Below, piece by piece: positions 1 to 7,665 of a stretch of DNA of 64,000 bases. The stretch comes from a virus. The notes beneath the pieces were generated by a model. The model worked only from the letters and a program-made list of their open reading frames with translations, was not told the origin of the DNA and ran no database searches. The stretch lies in the IMG/VR virus record IMGVR_UViG_3300006854_000019; one strand, 5' to 3'. Made by a program: the position numbers and the translations under genes. Position 1 is the stretch's first letter. Every line of letters starts with the position of its first letter.

Positions 1-754
1 GGTGGAGATATAGCGGCACTTCGACGAACACAGGCACTTGCTTGCCTGTCGTGGCGGACTTCTCGGTGCCCACGCGCACGCGCGCTTTCGTGTAGGCGTG
101 GCGGCGGCCCTTCCTGGTATCCCATTGCGTTTCGGGCAGCGGGTCCACCTGGAACATCTGCGATTTCCCATCCACGATGTCCGACCATTTCACGTGGTGG
201 AGCTGGATGCCGATGCGGCCGGTGCCGCGCCATTTGGCAAAGCGCGGGTCCATCTTGCTCCGGCGCGCCGTCTCGACGGCTTTTTCGATCAGAAGATACG
301 TGCCCCAGTAGACGCCGCTTGATTTGCGGGCAGCGCGGACCTTGCCGCTCACGACTTCCTTTTCTTTCTCCTGGAGCTTCTTCAGTTCCGGGGAGTTTTT
401 CATTTCGAGCCGGAGGGCCTTGAGCTTTTCGCCGATCGCTTTACGCGCATCCTTCAGGCGCTTGAGCTCGCCCGTGTCGTCCTTCTTCTTTTTCTCCGCC
501 TTCATGGTGGCGCGGAACAGATCCACGGCCTTATCGAGCTCGAGGAATTCGGCCTCGAACTTTTCGATGTCGGGGCAAAGCTTGGCGCGATCTTTTCGGT
601 ACTCGGCGCGCCGGTCGCGCTCGATTTCGATCAACGTGTTGTAATACACGTGCGCTTTACGCAGCTGATCGAAGAATGCGTCCGTGTTCGTGGTCGGTCG
701 AAGGCAGCCGTAGCTCCAGATGCGGGTCGGTAGCGGGCTCGTTCGTCGCTTCAT
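1..754 (-). CDS. tnpB: TnpB-family RNA-guided endonuclease / IS200-IS605 OrfB-type 'transposase', N-terminal ~251 aa; gene runs off the window
   Basis: Absent from the ORF track (no stop in window). Hand translation from ATG 754..752: MKRRTSPLPTRIWSYGCLRP..AHVYYNTLIEIERDRR..K/E coiled coil..SGVYWGTYLLIEKAVETARRS..DPRFAKWRGTGRIGIQL..VRVGTEK..VPLYLH. This layout and the GVYWGTY / DPRF-W-G-GR-G-Q motifs match TnpB-family proteins of high-GC bacteria as I remember them. Confidence 0.65.
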   Translation of the reverse strand, partial: MKRRTSPLPTRIWSYGCLRPTTNTDAFFDQLRKAHVYYNTLIEIERDRRAEYRKDRAKLCPDIEKFEAEFLELDKAVDLFRATMKAEKKKKDDTGELKRLKDARKAIGEKLKALRLEMKNSPELKKLQEKEKEVVSGKVRAARKSSGVYWGTYLLIEKAVETARRSKMDPRFAKWRGTGRIGIQLHHVKWSDIVDGKSQMFQVDPLPETQWDTRKGRRHAYTKARVRVGTEKSATTGKQVPVFVEVPLYLH

Positions 755-798
755 GCCACCACTGATAGCAGTGACAGCACGGCGGGGTCAATTCTTTT

Positions 799-1155
799 TC
801 AGGTGGGGATCGCGCGGTGCTTTCGCCAGGGGCGATCGAAGCTCCCGCTACGGCGCGACTTAGGCGCTGTTTTGTGCCCTTTTTTCTCGACATACCAGAC
901 TACGGCGCCGAGCGTGAGAAGACCTGCAATGCTGAGGACGAGCCCTGTCTTCGACGGGGGCGTTGCGTCGCCCATGCCCGAGGTGGCCTTGCCCGAGCAG
1001 GCGCAGCCAACGCCCTGCTGGCGGGGACCGACGAGATTTGGGTTATCGCCCCAGGTAACCCATGGCGATTCCTTCCAGCCGTCTGCATCCGCCTGCCACG
1101 GCGTACCGGGCTGAAACATCTGGTAGTACTCGGGCGTCGTCGATACGTAGCTCAT
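799..1155 (-). CDS. tail-anchored membrane protein, hypothetical (118 aa)
   Basis: Internal ATG of track ORF 799..1242. Begins MSYVSTTPEYY; single C-terminal helix GLVLSIAGLLTLGAVVWYV then a K/R-rich tail; ATGA overlap with upstream gene at 1152..1155. Confidence 0.7.
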   Translation of the reverse strand: MSYVSTTPEYYQMFQPGTPWQADADGWKESPWVTWGDNPNLVGPRQQGVGCACSGKATSGMGDATPPSKTGLVLSIAGLLTLGAVVWYVEKKGHKTAPKSRRSGSFDRPWRKHRAIPT

Positions 1156-1436
1156 GGCTTCTTCTTTCGGAGGAGAACGAACGCGGTCACGACGAGCCCG
1201 CCGCCGATGATCCAGGGCCAGTTCTTTTTCGTGCGATCCCACACGTCCGCTGCCATCGCGTTCACGGCGTCATGCATGATCTGCTGAAGCGGGACATCGA
1301 CCCGGAGCGTCGGGAAGAGCGGAACGTTCGTGGGGATGTCGTACGGCACACCGAGCCCGGCGGCGACGCTGCCCCATTCGGCAGTGCCGTTCGATCGGAT
1401 GATGGCGACCTTGCCACTCAAGTCGGCGTAGCTCAC
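1152..1436 (-). CDS. tail-anchored membrane protein, hypothetical (94 aa)
   Basis: GTG-AGC-TAC start (MSYADLSG); C-terminus WPWIIGGGLVVTAFVLL-RKKKP; GTGA overlap with upstream gene at 1433..1436. Confidence 0.7.
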   Translation of the reverse strand: MSYADLSGKVAIIRSNGTAEWGSVAAGLGVPYDIPTNVPLFPTLRVDVPLQQIMHDAVNAMAADVWDRTKKNWPWIIGGGLVVTAFVLLRKKKP

Positions 1437-1690
1437 GGAACACGCCCCAGGTTATTCGCGCGGACCTCGATTCGCTCGAACACGCTTGCCTCGGGATCTT
1501 CGTCGTACATCTCGACAGCTTCGTCCCCGCCATACCAGCGCGCGCCTTTGCGGCTGTGGATGATGACGTCGAGCGTAGCGCGGCCCCGCTGCAGCGCTTC
1601 TTCTATGGCCGCCAAACAGGCTAGCGAGTAGTCGTCGAAGTAACCGTCGCCGGCGGCATATTCGACATCCGGATGTGTAGGGCTCTTCAT
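1433..1690 (-). CDS. hypothetical acidic soluble protein (85 aa)
   Basis: ATG 1690..1688 overlaps stop of the J-domain gene (ATGA); natural-looking sequence (DVEYAAGDGYFDDYSLACLAAIEEALQRG). Confidence 0.65.
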   Translation of the reverse strand: MKSPTHPDVEYAAGDGYFDDYSLACLAAIEEALQRGRATLDVIIHSRKGARWYGGDEAVEMYDEDPEASVFERIEVRANNLGRVP

Positions 1691-2313
1691 GCCGCAGCCT
1701 TCCGTTTCTCGTACTCAGCCGTGAGGAGATCGAACGCACGCTGGATCTGCTTGAACTTCGCCTCAGCCTTCATCTTCGCTTTTTTCGCTTGGAACTTGTC
1801 CGGGTGCCACTGGCCAGAAAGTTTTCGGTGCGCCTTCTTCACGTCGTCCCAGGAGGACTTTAGATTCACGCCGAGTTGCTTCCGGGCCCACATGAGCTCT
1901 TTCTCATGCTCGGCCACCTGTTCATCGTCGACCTGTGCACGGGTCTTTCCGCCCGGCGCTTCGCGGCGGCGCGAGGAGGTCGCCATCGCTTCGGCAACGC
2001 ACTGGTAGCAAATGGCGTCGCCCTTCACGTCGATGCACGCGTGGGTCAGGCAACAGGGCTGGCGGCACACACCGCAGGCCGTGATCGCGACGCCCGGGCA
2101 CGAGCCGGCGGCTTTGCCGTTCTTGTAGACCAAGACCTCGCAGGCAAACCCCGCCGATAGGCGCGGGAGCCATTTGGGCACGGCATCGATTGCTAGGCTC
2201 TTGAGCCATGGGCGGAGCTCTTGCCAGATACGGGCCGTGCCCGGCGGATCGGCTTGGATGGAGCTTGCAATGCGTGTGAAGGCATCGAGGACCTGGGCGG
2301 CGTTCATAGCCAC
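1687..2313 (-). CDS. J-domain (DnaJ-like) protein with Cys-rich N-terminal region (208 aa)
   Basis: C-terminus WDDVKKAHRKLSGQWHPDKFQAKKAKMKAEAKFKQIQRAFDLL = J-domain helix II / HPD loop / helix III. N-terminal half has a Cys cluster (CPGVAITACGVCRQPCCLTHACIDVKGDAICYQC). GTG at 2313 or ATG at 2307. Confidence 0.85.
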   Translation of the reverse strand: MAMNAAQVLDAFTRIASSIQADPPGTARIWQELRPWLKSLAIDAVPKWLPRLSAGFACEVLVYKNGKAAGSCPGVAITACGVCRQPCCLTHACIDVKGDAICYQCVAEAMATSSRRREAPGGKTRAQVDDEQVAEHEKELMWARKQLGVNLKSSWDDVKKAHRKLSGQWHPDKFQAKKAKMKAEAKFKQIQRAFDLLTAEYEKRKAAA

Positions 2314-2318
2314 CGATG

Positions 2319-2792
2319 TTATCGCTTCTTTTGCAAAACCACTGCACCGACGAGGGCGGCGGCGGCGACAGCGCCGGCGATCATGAGCATTTTCTTCTTT
2401 TTCGCCGCTTCATCGTCCGCGGGCGCGGGCGTGGGCGTCGCATCGGCGCCGAAGCCGAAGCCGGTCAGCGCGGACTTGCGCATGAAGAGTGGCTGGGTCC
2501 GGTGGGGGATGCGCCAAGCGCCAAGTCCACTCATCTGCATCTTCCGGAGGAAGAGCGGGCGGCGGCGGCGCGGGATATGCCACCTGCCAAGGACGCCATC
2601 CGAAAAGGACGTGAGCATCTGCTCGTAACGCGCCGCTGGATCGGCCTGGGAAAACAGCCCATCGCGAAAGCTCCGCGGCTGATCGAAGCCGAGGCTTCCG
2701 TCCGCGTAGGCTTCGCGCTTGGCGCCAAATGCCGCCTGGGGGGTCGAAGTCGAAAAGATCCCGTCCCGAAATGAACGCTCGTTTAACGCCAT
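2319..2792 (-). CDS. tail-anchored membrane protein with RSFRDG(I/L)FS repeats (157 aa)
   Basis: ATG 2792 with GGAG about 10 nt upstream; internal repeats RSFRDGIFS / RSFRDGLFS and RIPxRxxPLFxRK; C-terminus KKKKMLMIAGAVAAAALVGAVVL-QKKR. Confidence 0.75.
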   Translation of the reverse strand: MALNERSFRDGIFSTSTPQAAFGAKREAYADGSLGFDQPRSFRDGLFSQADPAARYEQMLTSFSDGVLGRWHIPRRRRPLFLRKMQMSGLGAWRIPHRTQPLFMRKSALTGFGFGADATPTPAPADDEAAKKKKMLMIAGAVAAAALVGAVVLQKKR

Positions 2793-2851
2793 TGTCCGTA
2801 TCTCCTACAAGCGAGTGTAGGGGGAGCCGGGCAGCGCGCCAAGAAAAAGGG

Positions 2852-3073
2852 CTAAAGTTTCAGCCGCTTCTTGATCTCGGGGCCGTACTTCACGCCCACG
2901 AAGAGCGTCGCGCCTACGAGGATCGTGCCCCAGGCCCAGCCCGGGATCCCCGCCCGTTGCTCGGCCGCGCCGAGCCCAAGAAGCCTGCCGGCGAGGCGTA
3001 TCGGATTGTCGTCGATACGCTCGGCCGCTTCGGCGAGCTTCATCAGATCCTGGGGCGAGCTCGTGAATTCCAC
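2852..3073 (-). CDS. small membrane protein (73 aa)
   Basis: GTG 3073 directly after the TAA of the upstream small ORF; C-terminal helix GWAWGTILVGATLFVGV then KYGPEIKKRLKL. Confidence 0.65.
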   Translation of the reverse strand: MEFTSSPQDLMKLAEAAERIDDNPIRLAGRLLGLGAAEQRAGIPGWAWGTILVGATLFVGVKYGPEIKKRLKL

Positions 3074-3220
3074 TTAGCGCCCGAGCCGGAGACGCGGCGG
3101 CGAGACCATGGCCCAGAAAAGAAGCCCCGCGAAGCCGGCGAGAAGAAGCCAGGCGGCGATCTTGCCGGAAGGCGCAGCCTCATCACCGAGACCGCTGACG
3201 GCCACGATCGGCCGTTTCAC
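3074..3220 (-). CDS. small tail-anchored membrane protein (48 aa), below the ORF-track size cut-off
   Basis: Hand translation: GTG 3220..3218 overlaps the TGA of gene 3217..4023 (GTGA). MKRPIVAVSGLGDEAAPSGKIAAWLLLAGFAGLLFWAMVSPPRLRLGR, stop TAA 3076..3074. Same helix-plus-basic-stub design and coupling as its neighbours. Confidence 0.45.
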   Translation of the reverse strand: MKRPIVAVSGLGDEAAPSGKIAAWLLLAGFAGLLFWAMVSPPRLRLGR

Positions 3221-4023
3221 CGCCGGCCCTGCCAGTAGCGGTAGCCGAGGTAGGCGGCGCCGGCGAAGAGTGCCGTGCCGACGAGCAGCTTGCCGGTCGA
3301 TGGGGGCGCGGCAACGGGCGGCGCCGGCACGCTGGTCGGCGGCGTAGATGTGGGCGCTGCGTGGATCTGCGCGCCGAGGGCGATGCCAAAGGGGAGATCA
3401 GGATGCTGCCGCTCGCTGCCCGAGCGGGGCACTTGCACCGGGAACACGAGCTGGCCATTCAGGCGCCGGGCCGCGTCGTCCATCGTGCCGCGGCCGCCGT
3501 CGCGATCGTCGGGATCGGTGCGCGCTGTGGCCCAGTACAAAAACTGGATCTGCGGCACGGGCTTCGGATCGTCCTGCCGGTAGACGCCTTCGGCGGCGAA
3601 GAGCTTGTAGGGGCGCCCGGTGAACGCCGTCTCGGCCGCCATGTACTCGACCGGAACGGGCGTAAGTACGCCGACCCAACCGATGTCGTGGCCGAAGGCC
3701 GCCGATGACGCCATCGATAGGATCTGCTGGCTCAGCGGGTAGACGATGATGTTCTGGTCGGGCGTACGGATGTCCTGCCAGTCAATGCTGCCCTCTTGCT
3801 CGCCCCACGCCGTGTACACACCGATGGGTTGCACAGGCGTCGTGGCGCCGGGGAACTGGCCGCGAAGAATGGCCTCGAGTGTCTGTTCGCCGAAGCCCAT
3901 GCCGCTTGGCATTTCGGCGATCGAACCGAGCCCATTGATCGGCTGGTTGTACGCGTTCTTGTAGTAGGCGCCGAGACCGTTGATGGCCTGGTTGTACTGG
4001 TTTTTGTAGTAGGCGCCGAGCAT
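3217..4023 (-). CDS. tail-anchored membrane protein with N-terminal GLGAYYKN-YNQ-INGLG repeats (268 aa)
   Basis: ATG 4023 with GGAG 8 nt upstream; two N-terminal repeats LGAYYKNQYNQAINGLG / AYYKNAYNQPINGLG; Pro/Thr linker; C-terminus GKLLVGTALFAGAAYLGYRYW-QGRR. Confidence 0.8.
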   Translation of the reverse strand: MLGAYYKNQYNQAINGLGAYYKNAYNQPINGLGSIAEMPSGMGFGEQTLEAILRGQFPGATTPVQPIGVYTAWGEQEGSIDWQDIRTPDQNIIVYPLSQQILSMASSAAFGHDIGWVGVLTPVPVEYMAAETAFTGRPYKLFAAEGVYRQDDPKPVPQIQFLYWATARTDPDDRDGGRGTMDDAARRLNGQLVFPVQVPRSGSERQHPDLPFGIALGAQIHAAPTSTPPTSVPAPPVAAPPSTGKLLVGTALFAGAAYLGYRYWQGRR

Positions 4024-4173
4024 CGTTCGACTCCGTTTAAAAAGCCTGATGACCCGCGAAGCTCACCGGTCCCGATGCACGAGCGCGGCTGAGTTTTTTT
4101 AATCCCAGCCGGGCCGCACTTCGTCCTCGATGCGAACGCACCGGCTCCGCGGGCCACCAAACAATCTGTTCGA

Positions 4174-5124
4174 TCACACGCCACCGCCCGGCGATTGGCA
4201 GGGCTCCATCGCGCGCATGAGATCTTGGAAGGTGTTGTAGGGGACGAGTAGCCCTGTCACGTCGAGCTCGAAGAACGCGATCGGGATCGGCACGGGACGA
4301 AACACGATCACCTGAAATTCCGCGTTGTCGTTCTCGGTCACCGCTTGCATGAACGGGAGCTGGAGCGCGCCCAGGCGCTCGGTGCGCTGGGGCAGAAGCG
4401 ACAGGCCTCCGCCTGCGGTCTGGCTTGATTTGGATGTGCGCGCGAGATTGAACTCAGCCTGCGTAGCGCGCACCGTGCGCCCCGTCTCCGCATTGAAACT
4501 CGTGCTGAAGGTGGTCGTGGCAGCGAAGGCATCGGCCTGATCGGCGGGCGTCACCGGATCGATCTCCATCCGGATGTTGGCCGATTGGTGCGATGTGATG
4601 TTCCACTTGTAGCCGAGTAGGGTCGACAGGCGGCGCGCTTCGATCGGTGCCGTGTCGCCCGCAGCGATCCCGCTTAGTCGGTAGATGTCGAAGCGGTAGT
4701 CGATGATGAGCAGGGCCATGTTGCCCGGCACGGTGAACGAGCCGAGCGAGATCTTTTCGGGCCGCTCGGGCGTCGCGTTGAAGATGCCCTGCACCGGGAG
4801 CTTTCTGTAGAGCTGCTCGAACGGCACCCAGGTGGGATTGGTGAGTAGCTGCGAGAGCTGGCCGCCGGCGAGAACGACGCGTTCGGCGTTACACGGACCG
4901 AAGTAGTTCACCGGATCGGGCGGCGCGAACGGCTCGGGCTGGGTGAAATGCGGATTGGTTTCCCGGAAGCTCCGCACGAGTTCTTGCCCACTGGGGTTCG
5001 GGCGGATGGGCGGCAAGTGCGGCCCCTTGGCGACGGGGCGACCGGGCGCACCCGGCGGCCTTCCGCCACCACTTGGCGGGGTGATGATCCCGAGCGACTG
5101 CATGGGGCGAAGCGGGCCTGCCAT
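4174..5124 (-). CDS. beta-rich structural protein candidate (316 aa; possible capsid / vertex protein)
   Basis: Track ORF 4174..5169; I prefer ATG 5124 (MAGPLRPMQSLG), start uncertain. Pro-rich N-arm, then a long beta-strand-like sequence (ALLIIDYRFDIYRLSG, FQVIVFRPVPIPIAFFELDVTGLLVP). No enzyme motif. Confidence 0.6.
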   Translation of the reverse strand: MAGPLRPMQSLGIITPPSGGGRPPGAPGRPVAKGPHLPPIRPNPSGQELVRSFRETNPHFTQPEPFAPPDPVNYFGPCNAERVVLAGGQLSQLLTNPTWVPFEQLYRKLPVQGIFNATPERPEKISLGSFTVPGNMALLIIDYRFDIYRLSGIAAGDTAPIEARRLSTLLGYKWNITSHQSANIRMEIDPVTPADQADAFAATTTFSTSFNAETGRTVRATQAEFNLARTSKSSQTAGGGLSLLPQRTERLGALQLPFMQAVTENDNAEFQVIVFRPVPIPIAFFELDVTGLLVPYNTFQDLMRAMEPCQSPGGGV

Positions 5125-5181
5125 TTTCTGGTCCAAGCGTACCGCCGAACGGCGAGCGCCTCCTAACAATTCGGTGAAAAC

Positions 5182-5457
5182 TTACGCCGTGTACACGGCT
5201 CCATCGATGACGTGCCCGTGCCACTGGCAGCCTGTGGGCAGGAGGATCGACGGGCGCAGGGTCAGGTTTGCGAGGCCGGTTCCGGTCGCATGCCAGCGCC
5301 CGGGCCCTGGCGTCACGCCGGCGGGCACGTTTCGCCCGGCGAACCAGACCAGGAGCGAATGCTGGTCGGTGAAGCGGCACTTCGGGCAGAGGAAAGTAAC
5401 GCCGCCGGCAAGCGAGAGATCGTCCGTGTGGACGAGAAGCTCGCGATCGCCCTCCAT
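5182..5457 (-). CDS. small Cys/His protein, DUF6527-like (91 aa)
   Basis: FLCPKC...W(x)GTGLANLTLRPSILLPTGCQWHGHVIDGAV resembles the CPxC ... PS(I/L) ... C-x-H-G-x-(I/V)-x-x-G pattern of a phage-associated family I recall as DUF6527. Confidence 0.5.
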   Translation of the reverse strand: MEGDRELLVHTDDLSLAGGVTFLCPKCRFTDQHSLLVWFAGRNVPAGVTPGPGRWHATGTGLANLTLRPSILLPTGCQWHGHVIDGAVYTA

Positions 5458-5504
5458 CGTGTGGATGACGAGCTGCGGCTCGAGGTCGATGAGCCGGAGC
5501 GTAC

Positions 5505-6452
5505 TCAGTAAGGACCGTACCCCGCAGGCTGCACGATGCGGTAGCCGTGAAAGCCGATCGTCAGAATGCCGTTCGGCAGCCGCGTGACCGGGTCGGTGTC
5601 GCCCGCGTCCGCGTTGTTCGTGTCGTTGATGCCTTCGACCGCATCCCAGCCCGCGTCGAGGAAGGGGAAGTTCGTGTTCGGGGCACCGAATCCGGAGAGG
5701 TTTCCGTAGGCGGCGTTGTTGGCGTGCAGGGGCAGGATCTTGAAGGTCAGGACCTCGCCCCGCTCGAACACGTCGAGCGCACCCAGGGGGAAGGGATCGT
5801 TGATCTGCTTACACCAGAGCGAGCTCGGCACTTCGAGGTTCGTTCGGGGGAAGCTCGAGCCGGCGTTCTCGAACTTGATCCGGAAGTCGCCTTCCATCGA
5901 GCGCCAGGGCGAGAGCGTCGGCGGACTCGTCACGTGTGGAGCGCCGGTGCCGGGCGAGGCCTGCACCATCGTGACCTCGACGACGGGCTTACTGTCGCCG
6001 ATGTCCCAGACGCTGGCGATGGGGCGGTAGCGGCCGTTGCTCCGGCCGAGAAACGAGGCGCGGTCTCCGGTCACGGGATCGATGAACTGAAATTCGTAGT
6101 CGGACTGGAAGGTCGCGTAGCGGGCCACTGCCACGAACGGGCCTTCTTGCGAGATGGTGATCGAGCCCTGAAGGACACTCGTCACGCTCGCGCCGACGTT
6201 GATGTCGACCAACAGATCGAACGGGATGCGCCGGCCGGGAATGTTCTCCACGTACTGGATCTTGGGATCACCCGTACGCGAGGCCTCGACCTTTTGAATC
6301 GCCTGCGACAATCGGGCGAGCTCGCCGCGGATCGCATTGGCATCTTGGGACTGAAGTCCTGCTTGCTGCGCGAGTTGAAGGGCCTGCCGGGCAGTGCCCG
6401 ACGCGTAGCCCACTTGGTTCACGAGCTGCGCAAACTGCTGATCGGTAATCAT
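5505..6452 (-). CDS. structural protein candidate: N-terminal coiled coil + beta-rich domain (315 aa)
   Basis: ATG 6452 (MITDQQFAQLV) preceded by GGAGG 6 nt upstream. About 60 aa of helical heptad-like sequence, then a beta-rich body ending GILTIGFHGYRIVQPAGYGPY. Confidence 0.7.
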   Translation of the reverse strand: MITDQQFAQLVNQVGYASGTARQALQLAQQAGLQSQDANAIRGELARLSQAIQKVEASRTGDPKIQYVENIPGRRIPFDLLVDINVGASVTSVLQGSITISQEGPFVAVARYATFQSDYEFQFIDPVTGDRASFLGRSNGRYRPIASVWDIGDSKPVVEVTMVQASPGTGAPHVTSPPTLSPWRSMEGDFRIKFENAGSSFPRTNLEVPSSLWCKQINDPFPLGALDVFERGEVLTFKILPLHANNAAYGNLSGFGAPNTNFPFLDAGWDAVEGINDTNNADAGDTDPVTRLPNGILTIGFHGYRIVQPAGYGPY

Positions 6453-6578
6453 CACGTGCCTCCACAATCGAGGGAGTACCGGCGCGCGGGGTGCGCGCGC
6501 CGTGCCGTTAAGTCGAAGGGCCTAAGCGCGCCGCATCGCCCGCGAAGTGGGAAAGGAGGGAGCCTTTTAGAGGAAGCT

Positions 6579-6610
6579 CGCGAACCACTTCGCGGGCAAT
6601 TGTCGCCCGC
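6579..6610 (-). terminator. two adjacent GC stem-loops just downstream of the capsid-candidate gene
   Basis: CGCGAA-ccac-TTCGCG (6579..6594) and GCGGGC-aattgtc-GCCCGC (6592..6610). A third, GGCGCGCG-gggtg-CGCGCGCC, lies at 6481..6501. No U-tracts. Confidence 0.3.
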
Positions 6611-6636
6611 GGCGCTTGGCGTTTCGGGAGGAGTTC

Positions 6637-7389
6637 TTACTGAACGTCTCGCGAGAACAGACCGTCGAACGTGAAGGTCACGACCTTTTGGATCGCGTCG
6701 ATCGCGTTCAGGTTGTCCCGGAGGCTCAGCATGTCGCGCGACCCTTGGGTCGTGCCGAACAGCTGCGCGTTGCCGTTCGCGCTCATGCCGAAGATCTTTG
6801 CCTGGCAAAGGATGTTCTGGCGGGGCGGGAGCAGGATCGCGCGCGCGAGCCGGAGGATGCCCGAGTGGCCATCGTTGCCGGAGTTCTGCCAGTGGATGAG
6901 GTCGGTCGTGCCGCCCATGTCACCGGAGATTCCGCCGCCGGCCGGGAAGTACCAGGTCGGCATGTTGTCGATGGAGTTCTTGAGGCCGGTGCCGAAGCTC
7001 CAGTGCAGCTGCTCTGCCGTCTGCCAAATCAGACGGTAGTAGTCCTGCACGGTGCCCGGGGCCTGACCCTCGGCGATACCGCCAGTGAGCCACGCCTCGA
7101 GAGAGCCGTAGTCACCGTTCTGCGCCACTTCACCGTCGGCGCCGCCGTCGATCCGCAGGATCGGATTGCGGTACCAGGCGAAGACGCGCAACGCGAGAAC
7201 GACGTGGCTCTGATCGGACGGCAGAGTCGAGCCGTTGATCAGGTTGGTCGTCGACTCGTTGCGTTGCCCGTTCGAGGTGAACAGGCTCGTCGTGTCGGTG
7301 AGGGAACCGGCGCTGAGGCCGGCTGTGCGAACGAGCGTATCCCAAAATGGCTGATGAACGCGCTCGCGAATCGAAACTACCTTTGCCAT
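6637..7389 (-). CDS. major structural protein candidate (250 aa; possible single jelly-roll capsid protein)
   Basis: ATG 7389 (MAKVVSIRERVHQPFWDT). N/G/T/S-rich all-beta-looking sequence ending KVVTFTFDGLFSRDVQ. Preceded by a 276-nt structured leader and followed by clustered hairpins, as expected for a highly expressed capsid gene. Fold assignment is inference only. Confidence 0.6.
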   Translation of the reverse strand: MAKVVSIRERVHQPFWDTLVRTAGLSAGSLTDTTSLFTSNGQRNESTTNLINGSTLPSDQSHVVLALRVFAWYRNPILRIDGGADGEVAQNGDYGSLEAWLTGGIAEGQAPGTVQDYYRLIWQTAEQLHWSFGTGLKNSIDNMPTWYFPAGGGISGDMGGTTDLIHWQNSGNDGHSGILRLARAILLPPRQNILCQAKIFGMSANGNAQLFGTTQGSRDMLSLRDNLNAIDAIQKVVTFTFDGLFSRDVQ

Positions 7390-7614
7390 TGTGTCTTTTG
7401 TCCTTACAGGGCTTCCATTTTTAGAGTGGCTGGTTCCACTTCGTGGATCCCTTTCGGAAGAGCCACAATTCGACCCTGTTGTCGGATGTTCGGGCTGGCA
7501 CTACACGGCACAACCATTGTTCCGTGTGAGCGCCTTCAACGCCCCAAGGCCCGAGCTCCTGGTTTTCCAGGAGACATCGAGCCCGGGAGCGCGGCTGGAT
7601 TCCCTTCTCAGGGA

Positions 7615-7640
7615 CTCACGGTCACCCGCATGACCGTGAG
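7615..7640 (-). terminator. perfect 10-bp stem-loop 26 nt downstream of the polybasic-protein gene
   Basis: CTCACGGTCA-cccgca-TGACCGTGAG; no U-tract follows, so termination is only a possibility. Confidence 0.3.
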
Positions 7641-7665
7641 GGAGCGCACCAGCCTTCGTGATGGA

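Noticed and set aside
4086-4111. AT-rich stem-loop CGGCTGAG-tttttttaat-CCCAGCCG considered as an intrinsic terminator
   Set aside because: The T (or A) run lies in the loop, not after the stem, on either strand, and the stem has a mismatch/wobble. I kept it only as a compositional oddity in the 150-nt gap upstream of gene 3217..4023.
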